Assembly (NCBI RefSeq): GCF_018350175.1
Contig: NC_058369.1
Span: 14,200,001-14,264,000 of the forward strand
DNA from: Felis catus
Lineage: Eukaryota
Direction: 5' to 3'
DNA: 64,000 nt
Shown here piece by piece: positions 63,940-64,000 of the stretch. A program made the position numbers and the translations under genes. The notes under the pieces were generated by a model. It was not told where the DNA came from. It saw only the letters and a list, made by a program, of their open reading frames with translations, and did not search any database. Within the stretch, counting starts at the first letter, position 1. Each line of letters begins with the position of its first letter.

Positions 63940-64000
63940 AGCGACCACAGGCAAGTTCTCAGCTCCCTCCTGTCTGGGGCCCTGGCTGGTGCTCTGGCCA
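63940..64000 (+). CDS. SLC25A42: SLC25A42 exon 3, partial: SDHRQVLSSLLSGALAGALA (start of first Solcar repeat)
   Basis: tttttttgcag|AGC; GxxAG helix motif of mitochondrial carriers; in frame with exon 2. Confidence 0.92.

Overview
Mammalian genomic DNA, most likely a felid, judged from many Can-SINEs including young SINEC_Fc-like copies. It is not prokaryotic: I see no CRISPR array, rRNA or true tRNA gene. The window holds three spliced genes in the conserved order SUGP2 (- strand, exons 1-5 and the start of exon 6), ARMC6 (+ strand, complete, 468 aa when spliced) and the 5' part of SLC25A42 (+ strand, non-coding exon 1, coding exon 2, start of exon 3). SUGP2 and ARMC6 sit head-to-head on one CpG-island promoter. 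Introns carry SINEs, L1 fragments, MIR, hAT DNA transposon relics and MaLR/ERVL LTRs. The strongest observation is that the first coding exons of the two divergent genes are homologous: each has 121 nt from ATG to a CAAG|gt phase-1 donor and they share about 21/41 aa, which suggests a local inverted exon duplication. Second, the 1605-nt SUGP2 exon 3 shows a motif pattern resembling DIRS1-type retrotransposon Gag/ORF1 (LAP2alpha-like). Together these suggest SUGP2 is a mosaic of an ARMC6-type exon, a possibly domesticated Gag and SURP modules. Gene names rest on my recall of the orthologous proteins; no searches were run, and repeat boundaries and subfamily names are approximate.
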